Assembly: GCA_010909165.1 (NCBI GenBank)
Contig: MU008205.1
Coordinates: forward strand, 248,001 to 312,000
DNA: 64,000 nucleotides
Reading direction: 5' to 3'
DNA from: Anthoceros angustus
Taxonomy: Eukaryota; Plantae; Anthocerotophyta
Below are positions 48,345 through 62,045 of the stretch, piece by piece. Below the pieces are notes generated by a model. The model had not been told where the DNA came from. It saw only the letters and a list, made by a program, of their open reading frames with translations, and ran no database searches. Made by a program: the position numbers and the translations under genes. Numbering within the stretch: the stretch's first letter is position 1; each line of letters begins with the position of its first letter.

Positions 48345-49864
48345 GGCGGCGAGGGGGGGCGAGGGGGCGGAGGCAGAGGAGGAGGGAGAGGAGCTGCATC
48401 CACCGAGGGAGGAGCAGGGGCAGGGGGGGGACTGGGTGGCTGGGATCCCGAAGCCGCGGCCGTGCAGGAGGCAGGCAAAGGCAGCAGGCGCTCTGGTGTG
48501 TGCCTTGTGCCCTGGAGGCAAGACCTGACTGGATTGGATGCGAGAGAGAGAGAGAGAGAGGGAGAAAGAGAGCCCCCGAGAGGGGTAGGAGAAAAGGGCA
48601 GCAGCAGCAGGAAAAGGAGAGAGGAAGGAAGAAAGGAAGATTATTAGTCTAGAATGCCTGTCGCTCCTGACGAGGAGGATAGAGCCGGGCACTGCACACC
48701 GTGTTGCGTTGCAGCACAGTGGTGCAGACGGGTAGGCTGCTATGCACAGTAAATCCTACATCCAGCAACAAGCAGGAGTAGGGGCCGGGCCGGGCCGGGT
48801 CCGCCTTGTCCTGTCCCCGTTGTCCTGCGAGAGCGTGGCGTGGCTTCGTGCGCGCGTTCGACGCCGGGCCGGCATGGACCACGACTTGTGGTGCAGGATT
48901 GCCCTAGGCCCCTGCGGCCTGCGCCGCCCCGCCCGAGATCGACATGGAGATGGAGATGAGGATTATGTAGGTATGCGTCTGCACAGTACAAACCGCTGCT
49001 GCTCTGTTCTTGTTCTTGTTGCCCTTGTTGTGGGAAAAAGATAGAGAGAGAGTAGAGAGAGGGAAAAAGAGGGGGCCCCGGCGGCTCCCCAACAACTTCG
49101 GCTCTCATCTCATCCGGATTTGCTTCCTCGGATTTCCCGATTTCCCCTTCTCCCAGCCTCACTCGAGCCGCCTCTGGCAGGACTAGGTGGGGGGTCCCAC
49201 GGGCTCCCCCACCTATGTACATACCCGATGCCCGCTCCCCGTTACCTCTCCCTCCGACCCGGCCTCACCTCTTTTCTCTCTCTCTCTGCCTCCGACCCGT
49301 CCCGTGCATGAGTCCCTTGTTGGTCAGCTTTGTTACTTTAGAGTTCATCCGACATCCTCGGTGCATTTTGGTGTCGAGGGTTTGCTGGTTTTTAGTGTAC
49401 CATTGAATCGGTGTGTACTCTCACTGTCCTCACCGTCTTAGTGTTTGCTGATTTCTCATTTTAGAATTGATCCAATATCCAATGTGACTCTGCATGTACC
49501 GATTGTTTGCTGATTTCTCATTTTAGGGCTGATTCGGTGGTGCCTCTGCAGGCATCAATTCTAGCTCATCGTTGCTCATAGTTTCTCAGCCATGGACCGC
49601 AAGCGCATAGGCTCTCGGATATTGACTGTAAGCGCACAGGCTCTCAAAGTATTGACACCTCCGGAAATCGAACCCTACAGTTCAGCAGGGAGGGAGGCAA
49701 ACTATATTTCCTTCCCTCAGGGCGGCAAACAGGAGGAGAAGGAAAGGGAAGGGAAGCCACCTTGAACACGAGAAATCAAATGTGGCCGTCCGGAGGAAAA
49801 AAAAAGCTCACGGCATGAGGACGGGTCGGGGAGGAAAGAAAAACGCTGTGAGGCCGGGTCGGGG

Positions 49865-50070
49865 AGAAGAAGAATGAAGAATTTTATTGAAGTCCATGAG
49901 GACGGATTTCCGTCATGGGACTTAGTACTTCACAACTTGTACCATGGTGTGCCTAAGCTACTTGCACCAAGGGCATCCACTCCCTTTAGGCACCCCATCT
50001 AAGTACCGATCTAAGCTCAGGATGCTTAATCCTAACTACGTTCTTATAAATGTGTGTCCATTTGGACTTA
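49865..50070 (-). repeat. Dispersed repeat copy B (inverted relative to 36160-36420)
   Basis: Shared CCAAATGGACACACATTTATAAGAACG...GGGGTGCCTAAAGGGA.TGGATGCCCTTGGTGCAAGTAGCTTAGGCA..CCATGGTACAA...GACGGAAATCCGTCC. Confidence 0.85.
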
Positions 50071-50222
50071 TACCGAGAGCGGGGCACCGGGTGATCGGCG
50101 CCTGTGGGTGAGGAACCCCGTTCCCCGTGCACGGGGTCCCCCGTCCCGTAGCGGCTCCGGAAAGGAAATAGGTCACCCGCCGCCTCTACCCCCCGGGCGC
50201 TTGTGACGCAATCCAACAGCTC

Positions 50223-51425
50223 ATGGGTGCCACAGGGAACATCGCTGGGCCCATCGCCGGGTCTCGCTTTTGGACACACTCACACAGTCACACTGCGCTC
50301 TGGGCTGTGGGCTGGCCAATGGGCATGCCATGCATGAGGCCATGCCTGCCTGCCTGCCAAGGGATGATGATGCGGGAGCCCCTGATATCCGCTGACACCC
50401 CTGACTTGCCCCTCTCTTGTGGCTATGTATTTACAGCTCTGCGGGCATGGCGGGGGCCGGGGCTGGGGCCAGCCTATTCCTGTGCCCCTCCTTGTGGAGC
50501 TGCTCCTCTGGAGCTGCCGAGTCGGATTGGGCACGTGGGACTCTGATCCTTGCCGAGGAAAGGAGGCTGGGTGTCGCCTCTCTCGTCCCTCCTTTCTGTT
50601 CTGGGCGGAAGGGTGCAGCAGGATGCTTGGAGGGATCCTTGAAGGGTGTTGTGCGCGTCACGTGCAGGGCAGGGGAATTGAGCGAGCCTTCATTTGCTGG
50701 TTTACAATCTTGTGCGTGGCTTTGCAGCAAGGGTTTCGGTTTCTTCATGCACTCAGCTCAGGGTTTAAGTTTTTGTGGGCACTTGCAAGGTGGAGGGATC
50801 CCAGGCTGTGAAGGCGGTACGCTGGTTTCCCTCAGTGTGAGGAGTGGCGTGCAGAGGCTGCAGATTCGTGTTTTCCATGCTCGGTATGGTGTTGACGGCA
50901 TTGGTCGAAGCCAACATCACCAGCTCTTTCAGACGAGTTTGAGGGATACTCGAGTTACGTTGAACACCTCAGCGCCGGCAAGGGATGGTTTGCCGGCTTT
51001 GTAGGCTGCCGAATGGTGGGATGGAGGATGGTTGTTGCATCATATGCTTGTGTATCTCGCAGCATGGACTCTGGCAGCGTCTTGACAAGAGAGGACGTTT
51101 GGGTGGTTGGAGACTAGCCATGGTCAGGTGTAGTGTTTTTGTGGAACAACAGCCCTGTGTGGACAGTCTGAACGAGGTGGACGCCATGAACAGTCCAAGG
51201 ATGGATGTCTGCTTGCAGGCTTGCTACACAGTACACTTACACGGCTTCATGGCATGGAGGTGTTTACGAAAACGTGGGTTCTCGGCATCACAGACCACTG
51301 TCTGTGCGGCAGCAAAGGGAGCAAAGAAATCGAAGCAAGGAAGCTAGCGTTTTGTCAGTTCTCCCACCAGATGAGGACAGCTTTACCCTTCGTCAGTATG
51401 GTCCGAGCATATGCACATGACCTAG
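50223..51425 (+). CDS. Small multi-pass membrane protein of unknown function, about 7 short exons (not visible as a single ORF)
   Basis: Phase-consistent GT-AG exons 50223-50260, 50437-?, 50668-50732, 50864-50936, 51063-51122, 51219-51273, 51397-51425. They give MGATGNIAGPIAGSAGMAGAGAGASLFLCP...GRGIERAFICWFTILCVALQQGFVFSMLGMVLTALVEANITSSFRRHGLWQRLDKRGRLGGWRLAMACYTVHLHGFMAWRCLRKL... Confidence 0.65.
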
Positions 51426-52171
51426 CGGGTGGAACTAATCATTCTGCAGGAGGGGCAGAGCTTGAGCCTGAGCGTGACCTCTGCAAGCTGTAGCTGTGCC
51501 GGCTACTCTTTCTCAGCATGTGGCAACGCAACACAACAGGCTCGGGCCGCACAAAGAGCCTGGATGACGCAGTCGGCTCGAGGTTGTCCACCACAAAGGA
51601 CGTATCTTCTTCCCCGAGACAGATAGAAGCACTACAATCGCCGTGCCTCACATGTCCGTGCGGTGCACCAGGTTGTCCCATATTTTGTACACTCCATGCT
51701 CCAGCGAGCGCTGTCTCCAGCCACATGGGCCCAGCTTCCGGCACGTCTCGTCCTGACACCGTCGCAGATCAGCCCATCCCTGATACCAAGAATGAACAGA
51801 GCACGCCAGTAACATGAATGCCATCATCGGAATCGTTCCCTGAACAGCACAGCATCTGCAATGAGACGGGGAATCATCCTCCTCACATCATCGAGGCTTC
51901 GTCTTTGATCACCACTGCCCCACCACAATCATCCAATTGGACTAGAATCCAAGGCGCAATGTGGCCGTGTGATGGGAGTGTGGTGAGCGTGGAGAGCGGA
52001 GATAGGTGGCTGCTCCCGATGCCACCTGGGTCGGGGAACGGAGAGATGCATCCTCCCTGGCCTGGTGTGTCTCTGCAACGGCCATGTCCTTGATGCCCCT
52101 AGCGCGCGCCTCCTCCCCTGACTGCGCCCTCTCGGGAATCCGGCCCAGCCCGCTGCCCGCAGCCGGTCGCC

Positions 52172-54762
52172 ATGGGCTACCATGGCGCACGCCCGGAAGG
52201 CTCGTGGTGGGCTGTGTTGCAGGCTCGCGCTCTTCGCATTAAGTCTCTCCCACTGCTGCGGATTGCGGAGCACAAGGTGGAGGGGGGGCCGGACGGCGGG
52301 CTGGTGAGGAAGCTGGGGCCATGGGACCTGGTTCTCATGGGCATCGGGGCCTCCATCGGCGCTGGCATCTTCGTCGTCACCGGCACCGTAGCGCACGACG
52401 CCGGCCCTGGTGCGTGCCCACATTCATGGATGCAACTGGGTTTCTTTCACTTCTCTCGTCTTGGATTTGCTGGGGGTGTGATGTGAAGGATGCATTTTTG
52501 TGGGTCTCGTGCAGGTGTGGTGCTCAGTTTTGCGCTGGCAGGAGCGGCCTGTGTGTTCAATGCTCTCTGCTACGGGGAGTTGTCCACCAGGTTTCCTGCC
52601 CTGGTGGGCGGGGCGTACCTCTACACGTACTGCACCATCAACGAGCTCACCGCCTTTCTCGTCTTCTGCAATTTGATGCTGGATTACCACATTGGCGCTG
52701 CCAGTATTGCACGCAGCCTTGCGAGCTACCTGGTGTCACTGTTCAGCTTCATCCCTGCTGTGCAATCGCTGCCGGCTTGGGTGAACGGGGGACAGGAGTT
52801 TTACGGGGGATGGGTGTCTATCAACGTTCTGGCACCTATCGTGCTTGTCATTCTCACGTACATCCTCTGCCAAGGGGTCAAGGAATCGGCAGCAGTGAAC
52901 GCTGCCATGACTGTCACCAAGGTGATTGGCAACCAAAGTCTCCTGCTTCTCATAACTATTCCTCACAGCAGTGAGTCGCTTGCAATGGGATCTTAACCCT
53001 GACCACTTCTCGTTGCTTCTCTTTCAGGTGCTCATAGTCTTGTTGGTGATCGCAGTCGGTGCTTTCGAAGTTGACACCACGAACTGGAGTCCTTTTCTCC
53101 CGTATGGTGTTTCAGCAGTGGTGACAGGAGCCACGGGTCTGTCTCTCCTCCTTTGGCAGGATGCTCATTAGCTTTCTGACATGGGAGCTGCCTGACATAG
53201 TTCTTGTGGTCTGGCAGTTGTGTTCTTCTCCTATGTGGGATTTGATGCGGTTGCAAATTCCGCAGAGGAAGTGAAGAAGCCGCAGGTACAATGCTGCACA
53301 AATTGCCCTCGTTTTGACATTGTCTGATTTACCTTCTGGTTAGAGTGTCTGACTCGATAGAATGATCCTCCAGTCTGTAGGATGCTGCTGATGTCTCACA
53401 GGCGGCGTGGGCTTGCAGCGAGACCTACCTATCGGCATTCTTGGTAGTTTGGTTGCTTGTGCGGCATTGTACGTGGCAGTGTGCCTGGTTATCACAGGCA
53501 TGGTACCCTACACTGAGCTAGGGGGTGACGCACCTCTTGCACTCGCCTTCAAGGCTAAAGGGCTGTATATAGTGAGTACCCTCATTGGCGTGGGTGCAGT
53601 TGCTGGCCTAACCACCACCGTCCTTGTGGGGCTCTATGTCCAGGTGAATCATCTTTGGCTTATCTCACAGGTTTCTTCGGCCTTCATTTGACTAAGCTGC
53701 TGGCGTGACTCGTCTTGTGAATTTTTGTTTTTGCTATGATGTTTCAGTCACGACTGTACCTTGGACTTGGCCGAGATGGACTTCTACCAACATTTTTTGC
53801 TCGCATCAACCCTGAGCATCACACACCTGTATTAGCCCAAATATGGGTTGGAATTGTTGCAGGTGTCTTGTCCCTGTTCTTCAATGTCAGTCACCTGTCT
53901 CACATTCTTTCAGTTGGTTGCTTGGTAAGTTACCATTTGCGCCTGCAGGTCTCCTTTTCAATGCTAATTCAACTCTTCTAGATAGCTCATCCCTGGAGTA
54001 TCATCTTAAACACTTTCCCATTGTTGCTATTTGAACAGTCTGGATATTCTGTGGTAGCAGCTTGCGTGTTGATGCTGCGCATTCAATCAGCAGAAGTTGA
54101 GAGTCAACACATTGTCCCACAATCTCGTGGATTCTCCAAATGGCAAGAAGCGATGACAGGGATCTTAGCTGTTACTCTTTTCAGCTTCTTAGTTGGCATC
54201 ACCTACAGATATGAATACCCAGTAGTTGCTCTTGTCTTCCTTGTTCTGGCTGTAATAAGTGCAGTGCCCCTGTATGTTAGGCAGGTGAGTTATGTCACTC
54301 CTCTCCTTACCATCTGTGCTGCTTGTCCTGGCAATGAATGTGACACTAAACAAGAAGCACTGGTACCATGCAGGAGTACAAGAGGCCATTGACGTTCGCA
54401 TGCCCTTGGGTGCCAACACTGCCTTTGTTGGGCATTGCTTTGAACATTTTCTTGTTTGCTCAGGTGAGTAGTTCTCCTCCTGTGCTTCTACGAGTCTTAC
54501 ACTACGCTGAGTCGATGTGAACTTGTTACAATAGAGATAAAAAGCTTATTCATGGGCTGCAACTGAACTGCAAAGTCTTGTCTGACAGTTACACTGGGAG
54601 GCTTGGGTGCGGTTTGTTGTGCTCAACATACTGGCGGTCGTTGCTTATGCTTTATACGGTCAACACAATACAGTCTTCGAGACTGCTGTAGATTCAAGGT
54701 CACCACTCTATGAAAAGGCTCCTGGTGGGGACCCTGATGAGCATGTTGAGGATCTTAACTGA
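52172..54762 (+). CDS. Cationic amino acid transporter, CAT9-like
   Basis: LVRKLGPWDLVLMGIGASIGAGIFVVTG, FNALCYGELSTRFPALVGGAYLY, GFDAVANSAEE, SRLYLGLGRDGLLP, LHWEAWVRF; multi-exon. Confidence 0.93.
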
Positions 54763-55269
54763 AAGATCCTATCCTATTACATCTGCTTTGATGCAAAAGA
54801 ACATGCATGTCTGTGAAAGTGCCAGATCGGAAGGCCACAACAATGTTGTTGCCAATATTGTTAGCAGAACAGTCAGTCCCTTCTCTTCGTCGATGCGAGG
54901 CAGACATGCTCCTCTCAATGCGACAACAGTACCAATCCAAACCCCACGTGTAAAATATCAATGTCCTTAATATCTGAACATGAAATACCCGAGCTAGGGC
55001 AAGTTCACATCTATTACTGTCTCACCATCTTGTGTCCAACCTTCTTCACCCCAGATTCTCTACAATATAACTCTTCAGTTCTCTACAACATAGCTCTTAG
55101 GTTCTCTACAACATTACTGGGTGCACATCAGTAAAGCTACGTAGCATGTAGGAGATGACTTGCAGTAAAATCAAAACCTCAGCACGAGGTATGAAGCTTA
55201 ATCCAGTTGCAGTTGCATGATGTTTATGTTACACAGAAAAAATTATGAAAAAGTACATAAATGAAGCTG

Positions 55270-57567
55270 TCAGGACACCTCTGAATCCAACTTCTGCTTG
55301 GTCAAGTCGAGATTTCTGACTGGGCCCTTGAACCATTTTCGGGCATCTATGATCCACCAGAACATTACCAGCGACAGGACTACGGCCAATGCCACTGGTG
55401 CATAATTGAAGGTGTCCCATTGGAGAGGATACGTGGTAGGGAGTAGGAAGATAGCACAAGTGTACAGGATCCAGATGAATGCGACACAGTGGATAGGTCG
55501 GCTGGCTTTGCCGAGGTAGAATGGGCCAGGCTTGAATCCTCCTCGAGGTATAATAATCCTGAAAAATATCGGTACAGCATAGCCACCGACCCATCCAATT
55601 GTGGTAATGGACGCAATGGCTGTGAATACCACATCAATCTTCAATACTGGAAGGGACAGGAGAGCAGCAAAGAAGGCACATAGCCAGACAGCATTTGCTG
55701 GGATCTTGTACTTTGGATGGAGTTTACGCCACAACCTGGAAAAGGGAATACCGCCATCACGTGCTAGAGCATATACCTGTACACAGGCTTTGAGTTAGCA
55801 CGGTCATTGTTTCTCCAACGTTTCAATGAGTAATGTCGGGGCCACATCCTTTCATGCGAAGCACTTACCACTCGGGCAGCACTTGTGGTAATCGAGAGGC
55901 CGCCAAAGAAGAAAGAGGCCCAAATAATGCACAACAGTATAACTGCTCCAGTTCCATTGTGGTACCGCCCATGAAAGGCATCGTAGAGGATTTGAGCAGG
56001 CACAAATAAGCCTCCTGTTTCATTACTTGGATCATACAGGTAGTCCAAATTCTGCGCAAGGATAGGTTTCAAGTCATGAGAACAAGCAGGTACTTGCATG
56101 CAAAAGACTTCACATAGGTACGAGGGGCTAGGCTGTAACCTGAATGCTGAACGTGAGAGCCAGAATGAATGCAAAGCCGAAAACCGATATCAAGCCAATG
56201 CTTGACAGAATGGCAATGGGGCCATTCCAATCTGCACCTCTTGTTTCCTCTGTTAAGTGAGCAGCAGCGTCATAGCCATACAGCGAATATTGGCTGACAA
56301 GAAATGACAGCACAAATAGATAAGGTCTGCTCTGGATGCCGGTGTCAATAATGTTAGGCTGGAACTTGGAGAAGACGAAAGATGCTGATTGCCTTGTTGG
56401 TGCAACTAGGGGAAGAAGAAACACCATGAGAGTGGCTCCAATGACCTGTCAGCATACACCAGTTGCAATGGAGTGTTCCTAGTGAGAAATGAGGCAGAAA
56501 TGTGACATGGTTCAGTACTTCGATCTGAAGGCTTCAAATATGAAACGAACCTGCCAATAAATGGACACGATGTCAATAATGGCAATGACATCTAGGGCAA
56601 ATGTGTTCAGAATCGCCCATATGAGAGTTAGCAAGATGTAGAACCCCACAAATGCTCCTCTAGGAGCAAAATAACCTCCATTCTTATTCGTCCCGGTGCT
56701 TAGCAAAATAATATTTTGCATTGTCTGGGCTCCAGCATAGGCCTGAGCAACCAACCAGCCAACCTCTGCACATTTAGCTGCCGACTCATGCAACATAACA
56801 CAAGCAGAAAGGCCTGCCATGCTGTTACCTGTGTCCCAATTCCTGCTATAAGACCAATTGCCTCAAGCCACGCACAAATCCACGAAGCCAAGGGTCCCCA
56901 TTTCGGACCTGCCAAGTGTGCCGCCCAGAAGTAGAGAGATCCAGTTGTCTGGAGTCACAACTGGTAGCAGTGAGAATCTGACGAAATTCATCTTCAACCA
57001 CGTACAAGAAAGTGAAGAAGATAGCTAGAAACCGTAGCTGACACGATGATCAGCACCTACTAGCGTCGTGCATCTCTGTGGCACTGCTTGGAGTGTGCTA
57101 GGCACATGATTACATGAGAGCAGTAAGTCGCAGACTTACTGGGAAAGAGGAGCATATTTCTGCCATCGCAATGCCCACGAACCATGTGAAGAAGGTGACA
57201 ACTACCCAACCCCAAACGACACCCACAGGACCTGCATACGTGAGGCTGCTGCCATAAAGCGGCACTATTCCAGTGAACAACGTCATGGTGGAGAAGGCAA
57301 TAGCCAGAGTCTTGAACAAGGTCTGCACAAACCAGCAACCACCCATCACCATGAAAGTCAAGCTCATGCTGTGGGACCATCCTGCAGGAGTTCTGGCAAA
57401 CTTTATCAGTTTGATGCATGAACTCAGCTCCTGGGGGTGGTGGGATTTTAGAAACACACCATGCTACGTCGCAGCTCCTGCTTATAGCCCAGCTCGTTGA
57501 GCCGGCGCTCCCCGGGGTCCATGGCGTCGGGCAGCAGCTCCACGCTGAGGCTAGGTGTCTCAGGCAT
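55270..57567 (-). CDS. Amino-acid permease BAT1-like (ACT family, GABA permease type)
   Basis: MDPGERRLNELGYKQELRR, AMAEICSSFP/TTGSLYFWAA, YGYDAAAHLTEET, WDTFNYAP, DARKWFKGP. Confidence 0.93.
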
Positions 57568-58181
57568 GGTTGGAGCTGCCATCCCTCTGCCGCAGCAGCA
57601 CACTACCATTCAGTTTTGGGGAGGACTCCCCCAACACGGGGGATGCACTTCGTTGCAGACTTGTGTATACAACAAAATCAAGCCGGTCGTTTACTACAAG
57701 TGTCCCTTGACTTTGACTCCGACCTCTCAATCTTCGACACGCATGCAGGAAGCAGCCGTAGGAGTCTTGGTTGCTGCAAATCAATCTTTGAACCCCAGTC
57801 AAAGAACATGCATCAAGGAATATGTCCATACATAAGTGTTACGCATGGAATTCCGCAACAGGTCGAAGAAAGGTGAATACAGGTGGCTTAGGATGACGGG
57901 AGTGAAATTTTCAGTGACAACAGGCTGGTGTAGCCTATACAAGATCAAGAGGCCAGGCCTTGGTCCATGTGAACCGTGCTGATCATTTTCGACACAAGGG
58001 AACCTCATCATGCACTCGTGTCGAGCATATGACTGTACAACGGACAGATGTGAAGAAAGTGCCCTTTTGTCCCCACCCCTTTCAGATGGGGTATGATCTG
58101 GATTAAATACATGTGATAAACTCGACGGCGCTCACCTTCTCCCCCTCAGAAGTTGATGATGGATAAGATTACTGTAAACAC

Positions 58182-61100
58182 TCACAGTCGGGATTTCAAT
58201 TGCTGCTTTAAGATGGGCCGAATATGCTCCGCATAACCCTCAGGCACAGCAGAGGCATTCAGTGGCTCTCTCAAGGCACTTTTGTACAAATGGGTGTAGA
58301 CATCGCCATCGTACCGCCCCAGAGCTGAGCCCAGGAAGTAATCTGAGTGGTTGAACGCATCCACCAAAGCAACAGCATTTACTCGCACCTGCAATCGCCA
58401 CACAGACGAAAAAATCTTAGTGTTGAGTTCAGAAGTTAAATACTGATTCAGCAAGATCATGCCAAGCCGACAAGTACCTCGCGGAAGAGTTTGCGCAGCT
58501 GATCTTTGGCTAGGACAACCTGCTGGCTTGTCAGGTAGCCTGTGGCCAAGAAATCCCCCAAATGTGAGCTGATGAGCGACAGGGCATACACACGGGACTG
58601 GATATACAACTGCTCTTTCACACCCTGTCCAGGGATGTCTTCTTCCAGTTTTTGCAGAAATCTGAATCGAAAGAAGTTTGATTGTTAGAACACTGGATTA
58701 TCACAAGCATTGTCGGCATAGAGTTCAAGCTATTTTGAAGCCACGTACTTTCATTTGTTTGTTTATCTTTTCCTTTCTTTTATTCTTAAGGCCATGCGGA
58801 GGTGAGACTAATACGCCAAATAAAGTAGAGTAAGTCACCTACTTGGACACGATAATTCCTTCACAATGAGCACGGGCAGCTTCCACCAATTCCACGGCAT
58901 GTTCATCAAACGCTGCATCACCAACGTGTAGAAGAGTGTAGAATCACTGCTACACATCCACTGGACAAACCAAGAAGGCGGTGTTATCGCTAATTACCAG
59001 CTTCCTGATTTGCAGCTTTGGCGATCCGTTGAGCACAGTTTACTGCCAGTCTGGCTGACCTTGCTTCAAATGCCTCCTGCAAGTTCTGCGAGTTCAACCA
59101 ATCCTCCCCTGTTCCAAGAAGGAGATGAAGCCCACACTACATAGGATGGATGGACCACAAGTTGCTCAAAAAACAAAACAAAAGCGTATCAAATCAATGA
59201 ACAAATCAGCCAGATCCGCACTTACCACTGCTTACTTTGCTGTTCACATCAAGCAACTGCTGCACGCGCCCCAAATAAGATGCCGTACCCACAGGTTGTG
59301 TACCAGTTCCCAGCTGTGCGAGTGTTTTCATCAAGAACCGCGCTACCTACCAGAAGAGAGAATCAACCAGCTAGGTCAGAGAGGGCCACAGAAATGATCA
59401 CTTCATTCTTAAGTAGCAGGGCGATACAATGTGCGATAAAACATGACTCTCCACTCCGTGCCATGAGAGGGGTCACTGAGATAAAGCTGACGCAACCCTC
59501 ACACTGGCATAACAGCTTCTGAATGAAAAAAGAAAGGCGGTGCACAAAGGGTCAGGTGAAATGCACAGAAGGCACTGACCTGTAAAAGAAGTATGGTGTT
59601 GTCACCCTCATATGTACAAGCAGGGACATAAGCAGCATACAGTTCAGGGAGTCCACTGGCACACAAGTAGCCATGACCTCCACATAGCTTCCTACACTCC
59701 TCAATGCCATCCTACCACCAAACAAACGCACCACAATGAGAGAGCCTTCAACTAACAGAGGTGACTAATCAATTAGTGATAAGGTGATTCCTCTCCTGTA
59801 CATCAGGAACTTATACCACAAGAAGGAGAGGGCATCAGGAGACGTACAGCAGTAATGGATGTGGTTATTGACTTCAATCCTGCTGTGCATGCATGGACCT
59901 CTGGTAAGGTTGAGTAGTCGTTGACAGCCAAACGGGCGATAACATCTGCATACAATACCTTCAACCACTGCCCTGCAACTCGATAGGCATATGCCGTGGC
60001 AAGCAGGCTAAACAGCTTCTGTTGTTGGGTTTTATAGTCTATCACCTGAACACAAGCAAGTGGAACATCAAAAACATGAGTGCTCTGTTGTTGCTATCAT
60101 CTATTGAGATTGCTCTATGCAGAAGCAAACCCACAAGAAAATAAGCAGTAGCTTCTGACCACCACAGAGTTCAGTCGGACACAATTACAGTCCTTGTCAT
60201 TGCAAACATTATTCAGCTACTCAATCAGCTTCAGTACTAGCACAGATGCTCTGCACATATGATCCCTGTGGCTGGACAATCAGTTATGAATGCATGAGTC
60301 GCATTATCCAGCAGTGCACTGAGAGCGGTTCAAGAAAAACAGAGCAAGCAAATCACCTGAACTTCAGGATGACCACCGCGTGCACCAAACTGCCGGCGGA
60401 CAGCGCTGTATCTGACAGCAATAGTTACAGCACGGGAGAGGTAGAGTGAGGCATCTGACACAATGGACTGGCGCACATAAACCATAGCTCCATAACCGAG
60501 CTGCTTAGGAGCTCCAGAAGGGATATATTTCCCATCCCTGGTCACTGTTGCAAGCCTGGAATAGCGTCACACCACCACCACCACAAACAGTGAGCTGACT
60601 GGCAGCAGTCGACAGAAAAGAAACAAGATGCAGCACAATGGCGTTCAGGCAGTACCTCATCAACAGATTGTCGCGGGGAATGCGGAAGTGTTGAAAGCTG
60701 AGATAACCATTATCCATAGAGTTGTAGCCTCCATTCCCGAACTTCACCCCAATATCTCCAACCGAAACCCCTGGCAGTGGCTTGTGGTCGTCCAAGCTGC
60801 GAAGCGGGACGACAAAAGCTGCGTGTGACAAAACCCTCGCCATCAGGACTGGACTACACCATCGCATACCCATCCCATCCCATCCCATCCCATCCCACCC
60901 CAGCACACGAACATACCATGCACTCCGAAATCCTTCCCGCTGATGATAAGTCGAGCGTACACAATGGCATGCGTTGCTGACTTGCCAAGCCCTCCTGGCC
61001 ACCACTGCCCACCAGACCAAAGAAGCAACCGTTAACCCACCTCTGGATTGGCTAACCACTGACACCCCAGGCAAGCACAAAAGCAAATCCTGACCTTGTA

Positions 61101-61799
61101 AGCTGTCAAGGTGGGAGTGTGCAACACGAACTCATCCGTGGACAAATCCAAGGTGGCAGTCGTCTCCAGGCCCTGCACATTGGAGCCATGCCCCAGCTCT
61201 GTCTGGGCATAACAGCCTATAATTGCCATCTTGTAGGCAAGCAGGATCCACTTGCGCTGCTGCTCCTCCGTGGCCTGGCCCTTGATGGCTGGAATGAACA
61301 TGCCCTGCGCGGCCAGGACGAGAATGAGCGACAGCAGCCCACCATGGTGGGTGGGTGGGTGCTGAGGAGCAGCCTTTTCAATTCTTACCCAATGGAGATC
61401 CGTGTAAGCCGGCTGATCCAATTGCGAGCGCAGCTTGAATGACTCCTCCTCTGCAACAAGACGGGCAAGCCCAAGAAATTCTCAGCCCAATACGAGCCAA
61501 TCCAAGCTCAGCCAAGCCTTGCCTTGCTTGGTGCTGGTGGGTGGTCTTGGGTATTATCACCCACCTGAGAGCTGCTTCTCCAGAATGATGGTCCATACAT
61601 GCTTGGCCTTGCGCAGCGTGTCATCATAGAGCGCCTTGCGGTCCAGCGAGACCCGGGCCGACTTGTCGAGGACGGGATCGGCTGCCACCAAATCCGCCAT
61701 GCGCTGGTCCAGCCGCAGGGCCTCCTCCCCGCCGGCCAGCAGCACCTTCATGGCGTGCACATCGAAGCGCGCGTTGCGCCGCTCCGCCTCCAGCGCCAT
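58182..61799 (-). CDS. ACX1: Peroxisomal acyl-CoA oxidase 1
   Basis: [81 protein letters not shown]; C-terminal PTS1 SRL*. Confidence 0.95.
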
Positions 61800-62045
61800 G
61801 GCCTTCTAACGCTGCTGCTGCTGCTGCTGTTTGTGGGACAAGGAGCCGGAGAGGAGGAGCAAGGAAGGCGAATTTATGTGAGGCCCGGACACACCCTTTT
61901 TGTGGGCGATTGTGAGAATGTGGGTTTTGGCAGGTAGCCAAGTGGCATCTGTGATCGGTTTCCGGAACCACCAACCAAACGCAAAGCAGAGAAGCAGGAA
62001 GTGGAAGGGCAGGAGACCTGGTCGGCAGTGGGCAAGGCAGGGGCT

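Noticed and set aside
51500-52085. Possible minus-strand small gene with a rhodanese-like IYVLCGGQPR segment
   Set aside because: Requires a 46-nt intron with a purine-rich acceptor and an additional indel; not supportable.
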